From: a virus
Lineage: Duplodnaviria; Caudoviricetes
Length of the DNA stretch: 35,036 bases
Virus record (IMG/VR): IMGVR_UViG_3300008108_004733
Coordinates: 1 to 35,036 of that record
Direction: 5' to 3' (one strand)
Made by a program: the position numbers and the translations under genes. Below the pieces are notes generated by a model. It was not told where the DNA came from and made no database searches. It worked only from the letters and a program-made list of their open reading frames with translations. This document shows positions 1-8,243 of this stretch, piece after piece; the stretch's first letter is position 1, and each line of letters starts with the position of its first letter.

Positions 1-287
1 TCCATTTCCCACTTTTGAGTAAATGTATTTGCAACAACAATTCTTGAAAATTCATTTTTCATTTTTGTTGCACATCTTTGTTGAGATTGTGCGTGAGCCT
101 CTTTTAATTTCGTCGCATCAAAATTGTAGTTACCATCTTTGTCAACAAAAAAATCATCCGCAGAAATAACATCGGGGTCGTCAGATGCTACACATCTTAA
201 AATTGTTTTACCTAATGTTGTTTTACCACTTCCAGGTACTCCTCTTAAAAGTATTAAATCTCCGATGTATTTTTTTTCATTTTCCAT
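1..287 (-). CDS. P-loop kinase (AAA_33 / polynucleotide-kinase-like), runs off the left edge
   Basis: Not in ORF track. Manual translation from ATG at 287: MENEKKYIGDLILLRGVPGSGKTTLGK...VISADDFF...IVVANTFTQKWEM; Walker A GVPGSGKT plus SADD and V(D/A)NT motifs of this family. Confidence 0.85.
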   Translation of the reverse strand, partial: MENEKKYIGDLILLRGVPGSGKTTLGKTILRCVASDDPDVISADDFFVDKDGNYNFDATKLKEAHAQSQQRCATKMKNEFSRIVVANTFTQKWEM

Positions 288-310
288 AAAAAAAATTTGT
301 TAAAATACAA

Positions 311-343
311 AATTGGGGGGAAAATTGACCCCCCCCCCTAATT
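311..343 (-). terminator. Probable intrinsic terminator after the lipoprotein gene
   Basis: G6 (315-320) and C10 (329-338) arms around an 8-nt loop directly after the TAA at 344, followed by a T-rich tract on the minus strand. Confidence 0.6.
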
Positions 344-523
344 TTATTTTACTGTCGTACTATCAGCATTAAATTCTACTATAGTATCTTTTTCTGATGA
401 TAAAGTAGTATCAACAGAAACAGCTGTTGAGTCAGTGGTTTCAGTTGATGTGGTCGACTCAGAACCACATGATGTCAATACTAACATAGTACTAACAACA
501 AAAAACAAAATGTATTTTTTCAT
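344..523 (-). CDS. Small Ser/Thr-rich lipoprotein (59 aa)
   Basis: Not in ORF track. MKKYILFFVVSTMLVLTSCGSESTTSTETTDSTAVSVDTTLSSEKDTIVEFNADSTTVK; basic N-terminus, hydrophobic core, lipobox LTS-C19. Confidence 0.8.
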   Translation of the reverse strand: MKKYILFFVVSTMLVLTSCGSESTTSTETTDSTAVSVDTTLSSEKDTIVEFNADSTTVK

Positions 524-567
524 AATTGTAAATATAGGAAAAATATTTTAAATAACAAAATTTTTTT

Positions 568-598
568 AAAAAAAAAGTCCCAACTGTCTGTCGGGACT
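568..598 (-). terminator. Intrinsic terminator
   Basis: Minus-strand AGUCCCGAC-AGACA-GUUGGGACU followed by a U run; one pair is G.U on minus but an A.C mismatch on plus, which favours the minus strand. Confidence 0.8.
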
Positions 599-672
599 AA
601 AGGTCTTTCAATGGGTTCAACCCCATCTACTTATGAAAAAAACGAAAAGGTAATCGGCAAAGAGAACCTCCG
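568..672 (-). ncRNA. Candidate ~100-nt structured non-coding RNA
   Basis: GC-richer island with only a 9-codon ORF, bounded by a TATTTATA motif (684-677, also TTGACT 17 nt upstream of it) and a terminator; internal hairpin AUGGG/CCCAU at 626-611. Confidence 0.45.
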
Positions 673-718
673 AGAATATAAATATATATAATTTTTAAAA
701 AAGTCAAGATATTTATAA

Positions 719-2734
719 TTATTTTTTTCTAATAATTAATTCCCCATCTTTTACCCTTAGGGTCACAGGTGTTTTTTCTTTAATATTATTTTTTAATATT
801 TCTTCACTAAGAAAATCTTCACACAAATTTTGTATGATTCTTTTTATTGGTCTAGCACCGTATTCTTCTTGTAAATTTAATTCATATATTTTTTGAGAAA
901 CACTAACATCAAAATTTATTTCATAATTTTTTTCAATTAATCTGTTTTTTAGTTTATCTAATTCTAAATTAATTATTTTTTTTAATGAATTTTCATCTAA
1001 AGAGTTAAATAAAATAATGTCATCAATTCTATTTAAGAATTCAGGATTAAATTGTTGTTTTAATGATTTTTGTATCATTGTTTTTTTAACTTCCTGTTTT
1101 TGTTTAGTGGTTGTGGACGTTTCAAATCCAACACCACCACCAAATTCAGATACTTTTTTGGCCCCCACATTTGATGTCATAATAATTAATGTGTTTGTAA
1201 AATTGACTTTTCTACCAAATGAATCGGTTAAATGACCTTCATCTAATATTTGAAGTAGTAAATTAAAAACATCTTTATGTGCTTTTTCAATTTCATCAAA
1301 CAAAATGACAGAAAATGGATTATTCTTTACTTTTTCTGTTAATTGTCCACCCTCATCATACCCTACGTAACCAGGAGGCGATCCTATTAATTTAGAAACA
1401 TTATGTTTTTCCATAAATTCGCTCATATCAACTCTAATCATTTTTTCAGAATTACCAAATAATATTTCTGCCAATGATTTTGCTAAAAATGTTTTACCAA
1501 CACCTGTTGACCCTAAAAATATAAATGAACCTATTGGTTTATTATTATCTTTAATACCAACTCTATTTCTTCTAATACATTTAGAGATAATTGAAATTGC
1601 ATCATCTTGTCCAATGACTTTAGATGTTAAAATATTATCAAGATTTAATAATTTTTCAGTTTCTTTTGAATCTAATTTTGTTATAGGTACACCGGTAATA
1701 TTTGAAATTATTTTATAAACGTCTTCAATTATTATTGGTTTTTTGTTTTTATGTTGTTCATTTACCCATTTTTCTTTTTCTTGTTCTAGTTTTGTTAAAA
1801 CTAATTTTTCATTGTCTCTTAGTTTAGCGGCAAGTTCATAATTTTGTGTTTTTACAACTTCTAATTTTTTTAATTTTATTTCATCAATTTCTAATTTTAA
1901 TTTCTCAATTATTTCAGGAATTTTATTAGATATTTTCTTTTCGGACCCTAATTCATCCATAACATCAATTGCCTTATCTGGAAATTGTCTGTCTGTCATA
2001 AATCTTTTAGAAAGTTTAACTATTGTTTCTATAACACCATCTTCATAATTTACTTTATGGAAATTTTCATATGATGTCTTTAAGTTTTCTAAAATTTCAA
2101 TTGTTTCTTTTTCTGTTGGTTCCGGTAAAATTATTTTCTGAAATCTCCTAACTAACGCCGAATCCTTTTCGATATTTTTTTTGTATTCATCAAAAGTTGT
2201 TGCACCTATACATTGAATTTCACCTCGTGCTAATGCAGGTTTTAAAATATTTGCAGCATCCATCGAACCGCTGGCATTACCTGCACCGACCATTGTATGT
2301 AATTCATCAATAAAAACAATAACATTTGGTGCTTCTTGTAATTCATTTAATATCGCCTTTATTCTCTCTTCAAATTGACCTCTATATTTTGTACCAGCAA
2401 CTAAAGAAGTTAAATCTAATGACATTATTCTTTTATCTAAAAGATTAGTTGGACAATTACCTTTATTAATTAGTAATGCTAATTTTTCAACTAAAGCGGA
2501 TTTACCAACACCCGCATCACCAACAATAACAACGTTATTTTTCTTTTTTCTCGATAGAATTTGTGCAATTCTTTTTACTTCATCATCTCTACCAACAATA
2601 GGGTCTATTTTACCTTCCTGAGCGAGTTTTATTAAATCTCTTGAAAAGTTATCTAATATTGGTGTGTTAGAATTCTTTTTAATTTTTTTATTTTGATTCG
2701 TTGATTGATTATCATCTATAAAATCTACTGACAT
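719..2734 (-). CDS. clpC: ClpC-type Hsp100 AAA+ ATPase lacking the N-terminal Clp-repeat domain
   Basis: Two AAA modules ([14 protein letters not shown]; [17 protein letters not shown]), pore loops KYRGQFE and GYVGY, UVR-like middle domain ([11 protein letters not shown]), ClpP-docking VGF loop. Confidence 0.9.
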   Translation of the reverse strand: MSVDFIDDNQSTNQNKKIKKNSNTPILDNFSRDLIKLAQEGKIDPIVGRDDEVKRIAQILSRKKKNNVVIVGDAGVGKSALVEKLALLINKGNCPTNLLDKRIMSLDLTSLVAGTKYRGQFEERIKAILNELQEAPNVIVFIDELHTMVGAGNASGSMDAANILKPALARGEIQCIGATTFDEYKKNIEKDSALVRRFQKIILPEPTEKETIEILENLKTSYENFHKVNYEDGVIETIVKLSKRFMTDRQFPDKAIDVMDELGSEKKISNKIPEIIEKLKLEIDEIKLKKLEVVKTQNYELAAKLRDNEKLVLTKLEQEKEKWVNEQHKNKKPIIIEDVYKIISNITGVPITKLDSKETEKLLNLDNILTSKVIGQDDAISIISKCIRRNRVGIKDNNKPIGSFIFLGSTGVGKTFLAKSLAEILFGNSEKMIRVDMSEFMEKHNVSKLIGSPPGYVGYDEGGQLTEKVKNNPFSVILFDEIEKAHKDVFNLLLQILDEGHLTDSFGRKVNFTNTLIIMTSNVGAKKVSEFGGGVGFETSTTTKQKQEVKKTMIQKSLKQQFNPEFLNRIDDIILFNSLDENSLKKIINLELDKLKNRLIEKNYEINFDVSVSQKIYELNLQEEYGARPIKRIIQNLCEDFLSEEILKNNIKEKTPVTLRVKDGELIIRKK

Positions 2735-2751
2735 ATTTAATTAATTTATTA

Positions 2752-2759
2752 CAAAAATA
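2752..2759 (-). promoter_or_regulatory. Bacteroidota sigma70-type -7 element upstream of clpC
   Basis: Minus strand TATTTTTG matches TAnnTTTG, 17 nt before the ATG; AT-rich context limits specificity. Confidence 0.4.
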
Positions 2760-2822
2760 AGTTTTTTTAAGTTAAAAAAAAAATGAATTATTCACAATTT
2801 TAATAATTATCATAAAGAACAC

Positions 2823-3698
2823 ATGTCAAAGATCAAACAATTAAAAAATGATGAGAAAAATAATATTAATATTATTGAATTATTGTCAATTCTTTGCACA
2901 AAAAGGACAAAATATGTGGAAACATTATTAAGAGTAATAAAAAATGAAAAAAAACATAAACAACACATAAAAGAAATAAAAAAATTCTTAAATGAAGAAT
3001 TTAATATATCTGAAGAAGATATAAAAAATATTCCTGAAGATCATTTATTATTTTACCATTCTTTTATGGAAAATATGATAGGATTAGATGATTTAAAATC
3101 ATATCAAAAGTTTTGTGAATATAATGAAAAAAATTTAATATCTAATAATGATCTTAGTACATATAAATCATTTTCACAAATTAAATCATCGATGTCAATT
3201 GCTGAAATAAAAGAATTTGAAAAAGAATTGGAGGGACAAATAATTGAATTATTCAAAGACGATGAGTGGTTGATATTAAAACCGTTGACACATCAGTCAT
3301 CAAAAAAATATGGTTCAAATACTAAATGGTGTACAGTTGCAGAAAATAGTCCTGAATATTTTGATAATTACACAAGAAATGGGATACTGGTCTATGTTAT
3401 TAATATGAAAACAGGTAAAAAAACTGCGGTACATAAATCATTTAGAAATAATGAAATCACATATTGGAATCAATTAGATAAAAAAATAAGTCAGGACGAA
3501 ACAAACTTACCTTTTCATATTATCAATATTATTCAAAAATCTTTAAAAGATAATAGAAGTAATTCTTCCTTTTTAAATAAAAATGGTAAAAAAATATCTG
3601 ATGATCAAATTTTTATAAGAAACAATAGGATTCGTATTAAAGATGTTAATGATGACATTACTAATGTGACAAGTAGTCAGATTAAAATAAAAAGATAA
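2823..3698 (+). CDS. Hypothetical protein with a YGxxTKWCT motif of a type seen in large phages
   Basis: 291-aa ORF; C-terminal half LKPLTHQSSKKYGSNTKWCT...YWNQLD. Confidence 0.7.
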   Translation: MSKIKQLKNDEKNNINIIELLSILCTKRTKYVETLLRVIKNEKKHKQHIKEIKKFLNEEFNISEEDIKNIPEDHLLFYHSFMENMIGLDDLKSYQKFCEYNEKNLISNNDLSTYKSFSQIKSSMSIAEIKEFEKELEGQIIELFKDDEWLILKPLTHQSSKKYGSNTKWCTVAENSPEYFDNYTRNGILVYVINMKTGKKTAVHKSFRNNEITYWNQLDKKISQDETNLPFHIINIIQKSLKDNRSNSSFLNKNGKKISDDQIFIRNNRIRIKDVNDDITNVTSSQIKIKR

Positions 3699-3738
3699 GA
3701 CAATTTGTCATAACATATTAAATGGTATAGTTATTGAT
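3667..3738 (+). promoter_or_regulatory. Sigma54-like promoter with two upstream GAC-N5-GTCA inverted repeats
   Basis: TGGTATAGTTATTGAT (3723-3738) fits TGGYAYR-N4-TTG spacing; TGACAAGTAGTCA (3667-3679) and AGACAATTTGTCA (3698-3710). Confidence 0.5.
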
Positions 3739-3762
3739 TTTTTGTGGAAAAAAATATATACC

Positions 3763-4122
3763 ATGATTACATTATTTAAAGACCCATTTTTTCAGGCAGT
3801 TGATAGGTTGTTTGAAAATGAAACAAATTTTACCTATCCTAAAACAAAGATTGATAAAACAGAAACCGAGTACAAAATTTTAATTTCAGTTCCTGGTTTA
3901 AAAAAAGATGATCTTAAGATTACTGTTAAAGACAGTACATTGAAGATTACATTTGAAAAAGAAGGTGGATCTACTTTTGTTGGTAATTTCACAAAGACCT
4001 ACACATTACCAGATGAAATTAATGAAAATCAAATCGAAGGAAAGGTTGAAAATGGTGTATTAGAATTATTACTACCATTATCAAAGAAAAAATCTTTGGA
4101 AAAACTAATTTCTCTTAATTAA
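3763..4122 (+). CDS. Small heat shock protein (Hsp20 / alpha-crystallin)
   Basis: VPGLKKDDLKITV, FTKTYTLPD, ENGVLEL motifs; ATG at 3763 preferred to the TTG at 3742. Confidence 0.92.
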   Translation: MITLFKDPFFQAVDRLFENETNFTYPKTKIDKTETEYKILISVPGLKKDDLKITVKDSTLKITFEKEGGSTFVGNFTKTYTLPDEINENQIEGKVENGVLELLLPLSKKKSLEKLISLN

Positions 4123-4125
4123 ATT

Positions 4126-4153
4126 AAAACCCCGAACTTTTTCGGGGTTTTTT
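4126..4153 (+). terminator. Intrinsic terminator (potentially bidirectional)
   Basis: AAAACCCCGAA-CTTT-TTCGGGGTTTT then T run, right after the hsp20 stop. Confidence 0.85.
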
Positions 4154-4176
4154 AATATTTATAATAAAAATTATTT

Positions 4177-4698
4177 ATGAAAAATTTTTATGAAAAAATA
4201 AGTGAAACAGAAAGAGTAAGAATTCTTGAAATGCACAAAAAAGCATCAAATAAACATTATTTAAAAGAAGACCAATTACCACCATCTGACTGGGCTAATG
4301 TTGTGACTCAATTTAAAGAAGAAACAAAAGGGATTGAAGATGTAAATAATAAAAAGTTTCAATGTAAAGATGAAGGGGGTAATGTATTGTATACAGTTGA
4401 AAATACATCGTCAGATCAGGGCTCACCAAATAACCTTTCCGATGCTACCGCTACTATATATTTAACAGATAAAATGAAAACACATATAAAGAATAATATG
4501 AGTATATTGCAGACAGTACAAAAGACTTATCCATTTACTTTTGATTTAAAAAAAATAGATGAAGCTGATTCGAACACAAAAATTATAATAAGTGTACCAA
4601 TTGATCAATTTGGTGTTAGACATGGTGCCGGACAATCAAGTGTTGCTGAACAATTTAAAACGTTTTTACTTAATGCCAATTTAGGTATTGGATTCTAA
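4177..4698 (+). CDS. Hypothetical protein, probable virion/internal head protein
   Basis: 173-aa ORF, N-terminal ISETERVRILEMH...YLKE leader; own TATTTATA motif (4156-4163) and terminator. Confidence 0.65.
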   Translation: MKNFYEKISETERVRILEMHKKASNKHYLKEDQLPPSDWANVVTQFKEETKGIEDVNNKKFQCKDEGGNVLYTVENTSSDQGSPNNLSDATATIYLTDKMKTHIKNNMSILQTVQKTYPFTFDLKKIDEADSNTKIIISVPIDQFGVRHGAGQSSVAEQFKTFLLNANLGIGF

Positions 4699-4716
4699 TA
4701 TTTAGGATATAAAATT

Positions 4717-4745
4717 AAAAAAACCCCTAAAGTTAGGGGTTTTTT
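4717..4745 (+). terminator. Intrinsic terminator (potentially bidirectional)
   Basis: AAAACCCCTAA-AG-TTAGGGGTTTT inverted repeat with A and T flanks. Confidence 0.8.
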
Positions 4746-4785
4746 ATTTCCAATATATTTCGTATATTATAATAAAAATATTATT

Positions 4786-5031
4786 ATGGGAATTATATCA
4801 GAAAAAATCGAAGGTAAAGTTATCAGTATTGAAATAAACTCATCCAATTTAAAATCGGCTTCATATAATACAGAAAATGAAGATCTTATGATAACTTTCA
4901 ATAATGGAGGTATTTATGAGTATAATAAAGTACCTTGGGAAGTTTTCACTAAATTAAGATTGGCAGAATCTCAAGGAAAATATTTTAACGCAAATATTGC
5001 GAAGAATTATAAATACAAAAAAGTAAAATGA
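4786..5031 (+). CDS. KTSC domain protein
   Basis: SSNLKSASYN...LMITFNNGGIYEYNKVP...LRLAESQGKYFNANI is the KTSC pattern. Confidence 0.9.
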   Translation: MGIISEKIEGKVISIEINSSNLKSASYNTENEDLMITFNNGGIYEYNKVPWEVFTKLRLAESQGKYFNANIAKNYKYKKVK

Positions 5032-5813
5032 GTTTGTTTGAAGAACTAATAGAAGATAAAGAATTAGATAAAAAGATCATAAAATCTTTTAAATCAAAAC
5101 CAATATTATGTCCTTCTATTTTCAAAAAAAATAATGGTGATTATAAAATACATGAAGATATTAGAAAAAAATTACTTGAAATATCTAATGAATATCTTGA
5201 TTTTATTGATGTCGAATTTTTTGTTCACGATGTTGTTCTAACGGGATCTTTATCAAATTATAATTGGTCCGAATTTTCAGATGTTGATTTACATATTATT
5301 ATTGATATGGATGAATTTGATAATAAAAAAAATTCAGATTCTACTATTTTACATAAAATAATTGAAGATTTTTTTGATTCAAAAGAAAAAGTTTGGAAAT
5401 CAAAACATAATATAAAAATAAAAGGTTTTGATTTGGAAATATATATTCAAGATTTACATCAAGATCACGTATCTTCTGGTGTTTATTCTATTCTTAATAA
5501 TAAATGGGTTATAAAACCAGAAAAAACAAATCCTAACATCGATGATAACAAAATCATTCAAAAAGGTGAAGAATATGGTAAACAAATAGACGATTTGATA
5601 GATAAATTAAGTCAAAATAAAGATATTAGTGACGATACTTCTAAATTATATAAAAAAATAAAAAATTTTAGACAAAGTGGTTTAGAATCAGGTGGCGAGT
5701 ATTCTTATGAAAATTTAACATTTAAACTTTTAAGAAGAAATGGATATATTGAAAAATTATTGAACTTGAAAAGTAAGATAATAGATAAAAAATTATCTAT
5801 AACAGAACAATAA
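5028..5813 (+). CDS. DNA polymerase beta-superfamily nucleotidyltransferase
   Basis: LTGS-x9-DVDLHII (GS plus DxD) and a third acidic strand DLEIY; ATGA overlap with the KTSC gene. Confidence 0.8.
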   Translation: MSLFEELIEDKELDKKIIKSFKSKPILCPSIFKKNNGDYKIHEDIRKKLLEISNEYLDFIDVEFFVHDVVLTGSLSNYNWSEFSDVDLHIIIDMDEFDNKKNSDSTILHKIIEDFFDSKEKVWKSKHNIKIKGFDLEIYIQDLHQDHVSSGVYSILNNKWVIKPEKTNPNIDDNKIIQKGEEYGKQIDDLIDKLSQNKDISDDTSKLYKKIKNFRQSGLESGGEYSYENLTFKLLRRNGYIEKLLNLKSKIIDKKLSITEQ

Positions 5814-5880
5814 ACAATAATTTTTTACATATATCCTTGTATTTATAGGATAAGAATAATCATTATTTTAAAAAATTAAC

Positions 5881-6981
5881 ATGGGAGATTTAAAACCATT
5901 GGGTAGTGAAAAGTTAAAAGGTGACGACAAATTAAAAAGAATCCTTGAATTAACTTATTATAATAACCCTCAAAAATCAACAGTAAACAATAAAAAAGCA
6001 GAAATAGTAAAAGAATCTTTTAACGGTGTTTTTGGTATCGTTAAAGAAAAAGACGGATACTATATAAAGAAAGGTTTAAATGAAAATTCACTAGATTATA
6101 TTGGTGGGTTATTCATGAAAAACAAAAATAAATTTTCTTCATATGCTGAAGCGTTAAAAAGATTAGATTTACTTGTTGGTCAAGAAAATTTACAGGAGGC
6201 TAAAAAATATATTTTAAAACCCAAAAAAGAAGAATCGGGTGATGATATGGGGTCAACTCCACCTCCACCATCTACTGATGATATGGGTTCAACCCCACCT
6301 CCCCCACCTCCTCCATCTACTGATGATATGGGATCTGATATGCCAGCACCCCCATCTACTGATGATATGGGATCTGATATGCCAGCACCCCCATCTACTG
6401 ATGATATGGGATCTGATGTACCTCCTCCTCCATCTACTGATGATATGGGATCTGAATCTGGTGAAAAAGAAAGTAAGAGATCTGATTATATGTCAGATAT
6501 ACAAAAATTTTCAGGTAAATTAGGACAAGAATTAAGAGATCAAAGAGAAAAATTAGAAAGTGATGATATAAAATATGTTTTAAATATGGTTATATCTGCT
6601 GTAAATTTGGATTCATTAGAAGATGAGGATATTGAAGAAGTACGTGAAAAATTTGATAGGGATAATGAAGAAGACACTTCCAGTGAAACACCAAAAAGTG
6701 ATAAAGAAAAAACTCCTGAAGTAAGTGATAGTGACGAATCTAATGAAACAAAATCCACAGAAGATGATCTAAATGAAACTATGGATAAATTAAATGATTT
6801 TATTAAATCACCAGTAGTGGGTGATGATGAAAATAATGAATATGATTTTACAGAAGATTTAGGTGATTTAGAAAAATATAATGATTTAGGTGATATTAGT
6901 GAAAAAGAATTAGATCTTGATGAAATGCAAGATGAAATAAATAAAAGAATTGGTGAAACATTACGTAAATATTTTGAATAA
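5881..6981 (+). CDS. Acidic protein with Pro-rich repeats, probable head-associated protein
   Basis: 366-aa ORF; central PPPSTDDMGS repeats; TATTTATA at 5840-5847. Confidence 0.7.
   Translation: MGDLKPLGSEKLKGDDKLKRILELTYYNNPQKSTVNNKKAEIVKESFNGVFGIVKEKDGYYIKKGLNENSLDYIGGLFMKNKNKFSSYAEALKRLDLLVGQENLQEAKKYILKPKKEESGDDMGSTPPPPSTDDMGSTPPPPPPPSTDDMGSDMPAPPSTDDMGSDMPAPPSTDDMGSDVPPPPSTDDMGSESGEKESKRSDYMSDIQKFSGKLGQELRDQREKLESDDIKYVLNMVISAVNLDSLEDEDIEEVREKFDRDNEEDTSSETPKSDKEKTPEVSDSDESNETKSTEDDLNETMDKLNDFIKSPVVGDDENNEYDFTEDLGDLEKYNDLGDISEKELDLDEMQDEINKRIGETLRKYFE
6241..6455 (+). repeat. Coding tandem repeat, 36-45-nt units (DDMGS...PPPST), five full units plus a partial
   Basis: GATGATATGGG recurs six times; two 39-nt units (gatgatatgggatctgatatgccagcacccccatctact) are identical. 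Confidence 0.95.
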
Positions 6982-6983
6982 AA

Positions 6984-7385
6984 ATGTTACTAATATATGT
7001 TAATGAAATTGGTGAAGATTACAAAGGTCAAAAACAGTATGAATTTATTTTTAGTAAATCTACTGAGCTTGATAATGATGAGTGGTTTGTAATTCCAGCC
7101 TCAATTTCCACTAATTCTAAATCACCAGATGTTGAATATATTGATTTGATTGGTTTATTAAAAAATAGTGATATAGAATTAGATCTTGTTCAAAACTCCG
7201 ATTATTTCGGAGTTATTGATGCTGTTGACGGTGTAATTTCCTTGGCTTGGGAAAAATTTAATCCAGATACCGATAATAACAGATTAACATTTAAATTTGG
7301 TGAAAATTTAGATAGTGTAACTAAAAAATTAAAAGAAAGAGGTTATCAATTAATAAATGAAGAAATTAAATTTAAAACAATATGA
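6984..7385 (+). CDS. Hypothetical protein
   Basis: 133-aa ORF tightly coupled to its neighbours. Confidence 0.75.
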   Translation: MLLIYVNEIGEDYKGQKQYEFIFSKSTELDNDEWFVIPASISTNSKSPDVEYIDLIGLLKNSDIELDLVQNSDYFGVIDAVDGVISLAWEKFNPDTDNNRLTFKFGENLDSVTKKLKERGYQLINEEIKFKTI

Positions 7386-8230
7386 CAAGAAGTGATATGG
7401 TAAAAAGACTTGTAAAAGAAGGTCTTACCACGAAAACATTGGTTAATTTTAATGATAGACAACTCAAAGATCTATGTGAAAGAATGTTAGGTGAAGCGGC
7501 AATACCACTACCAGCAAAACAATCTTGGAGAATTGATGGCATCGGTGATTTACCAGGAAGTCCGAAGGGTTACACAATTAGTCAAAATCCGACTGATAAA
7601 ACTATAACTGCGGTTAAAAAGGAATCCGAAATGAAAGAAGAAAAGAAAAAACCAACAGAAAAACAATTATCCGCTTTAGATAAAAATAAAAACAAAAAAA
7701 TCGACAAACAAGATTTTGAATTGTTAAGAAAAGGTAAAAAATCCGAAGTTAAAGAATCTGAAAAATGGATTCAAAAAGCAATTGACCCATCTAAAAAAGG
7801 ATCTTTGAAAAAGGCTCTTGGTGTTAAAAAAGATGAAAAAATACCTGCCGAAAAATTAAAATCAGCATCTAAAAAAGGTGGTAAATTAGGTCAAAGAGCT
7901 AGATTGGCCATGACATTAAAAAAATTAAAAGAACATAGTGAAACAAAAAATTGGGTTGAAAAATTGGTAGAAAATAATTATCATCCGGTAACAACAAAAA
8001 ATGAAATAATGGAAATTATTAAAATAAAATTACATGAACAACCTCAACCTGGTATCGCAGAACCTGAAGTTTTACCTGATGTTGATGATCCACGTGTAGA
8101 ACCTGACGACGATCCATTTAGTGACCCATTTGATGAACCAGGTCCTGTAGGTGACCCTCAACCAAAAATGAAAAAAAGAGGTGATGATTTACCTGATTTT
8201 TTAAAAAGTTATAATATTTTAGGATTATAA
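7382..8230 (+). CDS. Modular protein: EF-hand-like loop, basic KWIQKAI domain, Pro/Asp-rich tail
   Basis: DKNKNKKIDKQD fits Dx[DN]x[DN]xxIxxxD; KWIQKAI...KLGQRARLAMTLKK is a basic module recalled from small phage proteins. Confidence 0.7.
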   Translation: MTRSDMVKRLVKEGLTTKTLVNFNDRQLKDLCERMLGEAAIPLPAKQSWRIDGIGDLPGSPKGYTISQNPTDKTITAVKKESEMKEEKKKPTEKQLSALDKNKNKKIDKQDFELLRKGKKSEVKESEKWIQKAIDPSKKGSLKKALGVKKDEKIPAEKLKSASKKGGKLGQRARLAMTLKKLKEHSETKNWVEKLVENNYHPVTTKNEIMEIIKIKLHEQPQPGIAEPEVLPDVDDPRVEPDDDPFSDPFDEPGPVGDPQPKMKKRGDDLPDFLKSYNILGL

Positions 8231-8243
8231 AAAAAAATATAAA

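Noticed and set aside
611-626. GGGTTCAACCCC looks like a tRNA T-arm
   Set aside because: No acceptor stem, D-arm or anticodon arm around it, and the flanking signals point to the opposite strand
710-717. Plus-strand TATTTATA pointing antisense into clpC
   Set aside because: No downstream sense gene; compatible with a chance match in AT-rich DNA
6241-6455. Repeat-spacer appearance suggesting a CRISPR array
   Set aside because: Units are in-frame coding repeats with near-identical intervening sequence; no cas genes
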